Below, in pieces: positions 56,201 through 64,000 of a stretch of DNA of 64,000 nucleotides. The stretch lies in contig OZ024746.1 in the NCBI GenBank assembly GCA_964016885.1, positions 64,790,001-64,854,000 on the forward strand. Direction: 5' to 3'. This stretch comes from Eledone cirrhosa (lineage: Eukaryota). The notes under the pieces are model-generated. The model saw only the letters and a program-made list of their open reading frames with translations. It made no database searches and was not told the DNA's origin. The position numbers and the translations under genes were made by a program. Every line of letters starts with the position of its first letter. Position 1 is the first letter of the stretch.

Positions 56201-59200
56201 ATTCCTCTTACCTTACCTCAAATTCCTCTTACATTACCTTATATTCCTCTTACATTACCTCATATTCCTCTTACATTACCTCATATTCCTCTTACATTAC
56301 CTCATATTCCTCTTACATTACCTCATATTCCTCTTACCTTAACTCATATTCCTCTTACATTACCTCATATTCCTCTTACATTACCTCATATTCCTCTTAC
56401 ATTACCTCATATTCCTCTTACATTACCTCATATTCCTCTTACATTATCTGATATTCCTCTTACATTCTCATATTCCTCTTACATTACCTCATATTCCTCT
56501 TACATTACCTCATATTCCTCTTACATTACCTCATATTCCTCTTACATTATCTCATATTCCTCTTACGTTACCTCATATTCCTCTTACATTACCTAATATT
56601 CCTCTTACATTACCTCATATTCCTCTTACATTACCTCATATTCCTCTTACCTTACCTCATATTCCTCTTACATTACCTCATATTCCTCTTACATTATCTC
56701 ATATTTCTCTTACATTACCTCATATTCCTCTTACATTACCTCATATTCCTCTTACCTTACGTCATATTCCTCTTACATTACCTCATATTCCTCTTACATT
56801 ACCTCATATTCCTCTTACATTACCTCATATTCCTCTTACATTACCTCATGTTACTCTTACATTACCTCATGTTACTCTTACATTACTTCATATTCCTCTT
56901 ACATTACCTCATATTCCTCTTACCTTACCTTATATTCCTCTTACATTACCTCATATTCCTCTTACATTATCTCATATTCCTCTTACATTATCTCATATTC
57001 CTCTTACATTACCTCATATTCCTCTTACCTTACCTCATATTCCTCTTACATTACCTCATATTCCTCTTACCTTACCTCATAATCCTCTTACATTACCTCA
57101 TATTCCTCTTACATTACCTCATATTCCTCTTACATTACCTCATATTCCTCTTACCTTACCTCATATTCCTCTTACATTACCTCATATTCCTCTTACATTA
57201 CCTCATATTCCTCTTACATTACCTCATATTCCTCTTACATTACCTCATATTCCTCTTACATTACCTCATATTCCTCTTACCTTACCTCATATTCCTCTTA
57301 CATTACCTCATATTCCTCTTACCTTACCTCATATTCCTCTTACATTACCTCATATTCCTCTTACATTACCTCATATTCCTCTTACATTACCTCATATTCC
57401 TCTTACATTACCTCATATTCCTCTTACCTTAACTCATATTCCTCTTACATTACCTCATATTCCTCTTACATTACCTCATATTCCTCTTACATTACCTCAT
57501 ATTCCTCTTACATTATCTGATATTCCTCTTACGTTATCTCATATTCCTCTTACATTACCTCATATTCCTCTTACATTACCTCATATTCCTCTTACATTAC
57601 CTCATATTCCTCTTACATTATCTCATATTCCTCTTACGTTACCTCATATTCCTCTTACATTACCTCATATTCCTCTTACATTATCTCATATTTCTCTTAC
57701 ATTACCTCATATTCCTCTTACATTACCTCATATTCCTCTTACATTACCTCATATTCCTCTTACATTACCTCATATTCCTCTTACATTACCTCATATTCCT
57801 CTTACCTTACCTCATATTCCTCTTACATTACCTCATATTCCTCTTACCTTACCTCATATTCCTCTTACATTACCTCATATTCATTACCTCATATTCCTCT
57901 TACATTACCTCATATTCCTCTTACATTACCTCATATTCCTCTTACATTACCTCATATTCCTCTTACCTTACCTCATATTCCTCTTACATACCTCATATTC
58001 CTCTTACATTACCTCATATTCCTCTTACATTACCTCATATTCCTCTTACATTACCTCATATTCCTCTTACATTACCTCATATTCCTCTTACATTATCTCA
58101 TATTCCTCTTACATTATCTCATATTCTCTTACATTACCTCATATTCCTCTTACATTACCTCATATTCCTCTTACATTACCTCATATTCCTCTTACATTAC
58201 CTCATATTCCTCTTACATTATCTCACGTTCCTCTTATCTTACCTCGTATTCCTCTTACCTTATCTCATATTCCTCTTACATTACCTCATATTCCTCTTAC
58301 CTTACCTCATGTTACTCTTACATTACCTCATATTCCTCTTACATTACCTCATATTCCTCTTACATTACCTCATATTCCTCTTACATTACCTCATATTCCT
58401 CTTACATTACCTCATATTCCTCTTACATTACCTCATATTCCTCTTACCTTACCTCATATTCCTCTTACATTACCTCATATTCCTCTTACCTTACCTCATA
58501 TTCCTCTTACATTACCTCATATTCATTACCTCATATTCCTCTTACATTACCTCATATTCCTCTTACATTACCTCATATTCCTCTTACATTACCTCATATT
58601 CCTCTTACATTACCTCATATTCCTCTTACATTACCTCATATTCCTCTTACCTTACCTCATATTCCTCTTACATACCTCATATTCCTCTTACATTACCTCA
58701 TATTCCTCTTACATTACCTCATATTCCTCTTACATTACCTCATATTCCTCTTACATTACCTCATATTCCTCTTACATTATCTCATATTCCTCTTACATTA
58801 TCTCATATTCCTCTTACATTACCTCATATTCCTCTTACCTTACCTCATATTCCTCTTACATTACCTCATATTCCTCTTACATTATCTCATATTCCTCTTA
58901 CATTACCTCATATTCCTCTTACATTACCTCATATTCCTCTTACATTACCTCATATTCCTCTTACATTACCTCATTTTCCTCTTACATTACCTCATATTCC
59001 TCTTACATTACCTCATATTCCTCTTACATTACCTCATATTCCTCTTACATTATCTCATATTCCTCTTACGTTACCTCATAATCCTCTTACATTATCTCAT
59101 ATTCCTCTTACCTTACCTCATATTCCCCTTACATTACCTCATATTCCTCTTACCTTACCTCATATTCCTCTTACATTACCTCATATTCCTCTTACATTAC

Positions 59201-62200
59201 CTCATATTCCTCTTACATTACCTCATATTCCTCTTACATTATCTCATATTCCTCTTACATTACCTCATATTCCTCTTACATTACCTCATATTCCTCTTAC
59301 ATTACCTCATATTCCTCTTACATTACATCATTTTCCTCTTACATTACCTCATATTCCTCTTACATTACCTCATATTCCTCTTACATTACCTCATATTCCT
59401 CTTACATTATCTCATATTCCTCTTACGTTACCTCATATTCCTCTTACATTATCTCATATTCCTCTTACCTTACCTCATATTCCCCTTACATTACCTCATA
59501 TTCCTCTTACCTTACCTCATATTCCTCTTACATTACCTCATATTCCTCTTACATTACCTCATTTTCCTCTTACATTACCTCATATTCCTCTTACATTACC
59601 TCATATTCCTCTTACATTACCTCATATTCCTCTTACATTATCTCATATTCCTCTTACGTTACCTCATATTCCTCTTACATTACCTCATATTCCTCTTACA
59701 TTACCTCATATTCCTCTTACATTACCTCATATTCCTCTTACCTTACCTCATATTCCTCTTACATTACCTCATATTCCTCTTACATTATCTCATATTCCTC
59801 TTACATTACCTCATATTCCTCTTACCTTACCTCATATTCCTCTTACATTACCTCATTTTCCTCTTACATTACCTCATATTCCTCTTAAATTACCTCATAT
59901 TCCTCTTACATTATCTCATATTCCTCTTACGTTACCTCATATTCCTCTTACATTACCTCATATTCCTCTTACATTACCTCATATTCCTCTTACATTACCT
60001 CATATTCCTCTTACCTTACCTCATATTCCTCTTACCTTACCTCATATTCCTCTTACCTTAGCTCATGTTCCTCTTACATTACCTCATATTCCTCTTACCT
60101 TACCTCATATTCCTCTTACCTTACCTCATATTCTCTTACCTTACCTCATATTCCTCTTACCTTACCTCATATTCCTCTTACATTACCTCATATTCCTCTT
60201 ACCTTAGCTCATGTTCCTCTTACATTACCTCATATTCCTCTTACCTTACCTCATATTCCTCTTACATTACCTCATATTCCTCTTACCTTACCTCATATTC
60301 CTCTTACCTTACCTCATATTCTCTTACCTTACCTCATATTCCTCTTACCTTACCTCATATTCCTCTTACATTACCTCATATTCCTCTTACCTTAGCTCAT
60401 GTTCCTCTTACATTACCTCATATTCTTCTTACCTTATCTCATATTCCTCTTACATTACCTCATATTACTCTTACATTACCTCATATTCCTCTTACATTAC
60501 CGCGTATTCCCCTTACATTACCTCATATTCCTCTTACCTTACCTCATATTCCTCTTACCTTACCTCATATTCCCCTTACATTATCTCATATTCCTCTTAC
60601 ATTACCTCATATTCCTCTTACCTTACCTCATATTCCTCTTACATTACCTCATATTCCTCTTACCTTAGCTCATATTCCTCTTACATTACCTCATATTCCT
60701 CTTACCTTACCTTATATTCCTCTTACATTACCTCATATTCCTCTTACATTATCTCATATTCCTCTTACATTATCTCATATTCCTCTTACATTACCTCATA
60801 TTCCTCTTACCTTACCTCATATTCCTCTTACATTACCTCATATTCCTCTTACCTTACCTCATAATCCTCTTACATTACCTCATATTCCTCTTACATTACC
60901 TCATATTCCTCTTACATTACCTCATATTCCTCTTACATTACCTCATATTCCTCTTACCTTACCTCATATTCCTCTTACATCACCTCATATTCCTCTTACA
61001 TTACCTCATATTCCTCTTACATTACCTCATATTCCTCTTACATTACCTCATATTCCTCTTACATTACCTCATATTCCTCTTACCTTACCTCATATTCCTC
61101 TTACATTACCTCATATTCCTCTTACCTTACCTCAAATTCCTCTTACATTACCTCATATTTCTCTTACATTACCTCATATTCCTCTTACATTACCTCATAT
61201 TCCTCTTACATTACCTCATATTCCTCTTACATTACCTCATATTCCTCTTACCTTAACTCATATTCCTCTTACATTACCTCATATTCCTCTTACATTACCT
61301 CATATTCCTCTTACATTACCTCATATTCCTCTTACATTACCTCATATTCCTCTTACATTATCTGATATTCCTCTTACATTCTCATATTCCTCTTACATTA
61401 CCTCATATTCCTCTTACATTACCTCATATTCCTCTTACATTACCTCATATTCCTCTTACATTATCTCATATTCCTCTTACGTTACCTCATATTCCTCTTA
61501 CATTACCTAATATTCCTCTTACATTACCTCATATTCCTCTTACATTACCTCATATTCCTCTTACCTTACCTCATATTCCTCTTACATTACCTCATATTCC
61601 TCTTACATTATCTCATATTTCTCTTACATTACCTCATATTCCTCTTACATTACCTCATATTCCTCTTACCTTACGTCATATTCCTCTTACATTACCTCAT
61701 ATTCCTCTTACATTACCTCATATTCCTCTTACATTACCTCATATTCCTCTTACATTACCTCATGTTACTCTTACATTACCTCATGTTACTCTTACATTAC
61801 TTCATATTCCTCTTACATTACCTCATATTCCTCTTACCTTACCTTATATTCCTCTTACATTACCTCATATTCCTCTTACATTATCTCATATTCCTCTTAC
61901 ATTATCTCATATTCCTCTTACATTACCTCATATTCCTCTTACCTTACCTCATATTCCTCTTACATTACCTCATATTCCTCTTACCTTACCTCATAATCCT
62001 CTTACATTACCTCATATTCCTCTTACATTACCTCATATTCCTCTTACATTACCTCATATTCCTCTTACCTTACCTCATATTCCTCTTACATTACCTCATA
62101 TTCCTCTTACATTACCTCATATTCCTCTTACATTACCTCATATTCCTCTTACATTACCTCATATTCCTCTTACATTACCTCATATTCCTCTTACCTTACC

Positions 62201-64000
62201 TCATATTCCTCTTACATTACCTCATATTCCTCTTACCTTACCTCATATTCCTCTTACATTACCTCATATTCCTCTTACATTACCTCATATTCCTCTTACA
62301 TTACCTCATATTCCTCTTACATTACCTCATATTCCTCTTACCTTAACTCATATTCCTCTTACATTACCTCATATTCCTCTTACATTACCTCATATTCCTC
62401 TTACATTACCTCATATTCCTCTTACATTATCTGATATTCCTCTTACGTTATCTCATATTCCTCTTACATTACCTCATATTCCTCTTACATTACCTCATAT
62501 TCCTCTTACATTACCTCATATTCCTCTTACATTATCTCATATTCCTCTTACGTTACCTCATATTCCTATTACATTACCTCATATTCCTCTTACATTATCT
62601 CATATTTCTCTTACATTACCTCATATTCCTCTTACATTACCTCATATTCCTCTTACATTACCTCATATTCCTCTTACATTACCTCATATTCCTCTTACAT
62701 TACCTCATATTCCTCTTACCTTACCTCATATTCCTCTTACATTACCTCATATTCCTCTTACCTTACCTCATATTCCTCTTACATTACCTCATATTCATTA
62801 CCTCATATTCCTCTTACATTACCTCATATTCCTCTTACATTACCTCATATTCCTCTTACCTTACCTCATATTCCTCTTACATACCTCATATTCCTCTTAC
62901 ATTACCTCATATTCCTCTTACATTACCTCATATTCCTCTTACATTACCTCATATTCCTCTTACATTACCTCATATTCCTCTTACATTATCTCATATTCCT
63001 CTTACATTATCTCATATTCTCTTACATTACCTCATATTCCTCTTACATTACCTCATATTCCTCTTACATTACCTCATATTCCTCTTACCTTATCTCATAT
63101 TCCTCTTACATTACCTCATATTCCTCTTACATTACCTCATATTCCTCTTACATTACCTCATATTCCTCTTACCTTACCTCATATTCCTCTTACATTATCT
63201 CATTTTCCTCTTACATTACCTCATATTCCTCTTACATTACCTCATATTCCTCTTACCTTACCTCATATTCCTCTTACCTTATCTCATATTCCTCTTACAT
63301 TACCTCATGTTACTCTTACATTACCTCATATTCCTCTTACATTACCTCATATTCCTCTTACCTTATCTCATATTCCTCTTACATTACCTCATATTCCTCT
63401 TACATTACCTCATATTCCTCTTACATTACCTCATATTCCTCTTACCTTACCTCATATTCCTCTTACCTTATCTCATATTCCTCTTACATTACCTCATATT
63501 CCTCTTACATTACCTCATATTCCTCTTACATTACCTCATATTCCTCTTACCTTACCTCATATTCCTCTTACCTTATCTCATATTCCTCTTACATTACCTC
63601 ATGTTACTCTTACATTACCTCATATTCCTCTTACATTACCTCATATTCCTCTTACCTTATCTCATATTCCTCTTACATTACCTCATATTCCTCTTACATT
63701 ACCTCATATTCCTCTTACATTACCTCATATTCCTCTTACCTTACCTCATATTCCTCTTACCTTATCTCATATTCCTCTTACATTACCTCATATTCCTCTT
63801 ACATTACCTCATATTCCTCTTACATTACCTCATATTCCTCTTACCTTACCTCATATTCCTCTTACCTTATCTCATATTCCTCTTACATTACCTCATATTC
63901 CTCTTACATTACCTCACATTCCTCTTATCTTACCTCGTATTCCTCTTACCTTATCTCATATTCCTCTTACATTACCTCATATTCCTCTTACATTACCTCA
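17279..64000. repeat. 21-bp satellite array (TTACATTACCTCATATTCCTC)n, >46 kb, with nested higher-order repeats
   Basis: Uninterrupted tandem monomers to the window end. Common variants ttacCtt and ttatTctc-type (attatctc); rare variants recur in ordered blocks. No foreign insertion seen. Confidence 0.99.

Noticed and set aside
17275-62346. Dozens of long + strand ORFs (LLHYLIF, LTLPHIP, SYITSYS heptads)
   Set aside because: The 21-bp monomer has no G and no TAA, so all three + frames are open by construction. Indels shift frames freely and no non-repeat coding sequence is attached.
17279-64000. Telomeric repeat array
   Set aside because: No TTAGGG/CCCTAA units; the monomer is 21 bp with satellite-type higher-order structure.

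Overview
Repeat-dense animal genomic DNA. The SINE/LINE repertoire and microsatellite load suggest a coleoid cephalopod such as Octopus (inference). Bases 1-17278 are a mosaic of microsatellites, tRNA-derived SINE pieces, LINE 3' ends, two long hairpins and a 48-bp minisatellite. They also hold one RTE-clade LINE with an uninterrupted ORF (APE endonuclease + reverse transcriptase, with a PHD-type zinc finger inserted inside the RT region). Bases ~17279-64000 are a single 21-bp satellite (TTACATTACCTCATATTCCTC, ~2,200 monomers, running off the window end) with nested higher-order repeats; all ORFs in it are artefacts. No host gene can be identified, but a possible minus-strand first coding exon (2296-2397) and a dense cluster of transcription-factor consensus sites (6393-6449) are visible. 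Most notable: the 48-bp minisatellite visibly arose inside an RTE 3' tail; a SINE sharing the LINE's tail sits tail-to-tail with it; one retro-insertion carries an inverted copy of its own empty target site; and the 21-bp satellite may have been seeded from a dispersed repeat at its edge.
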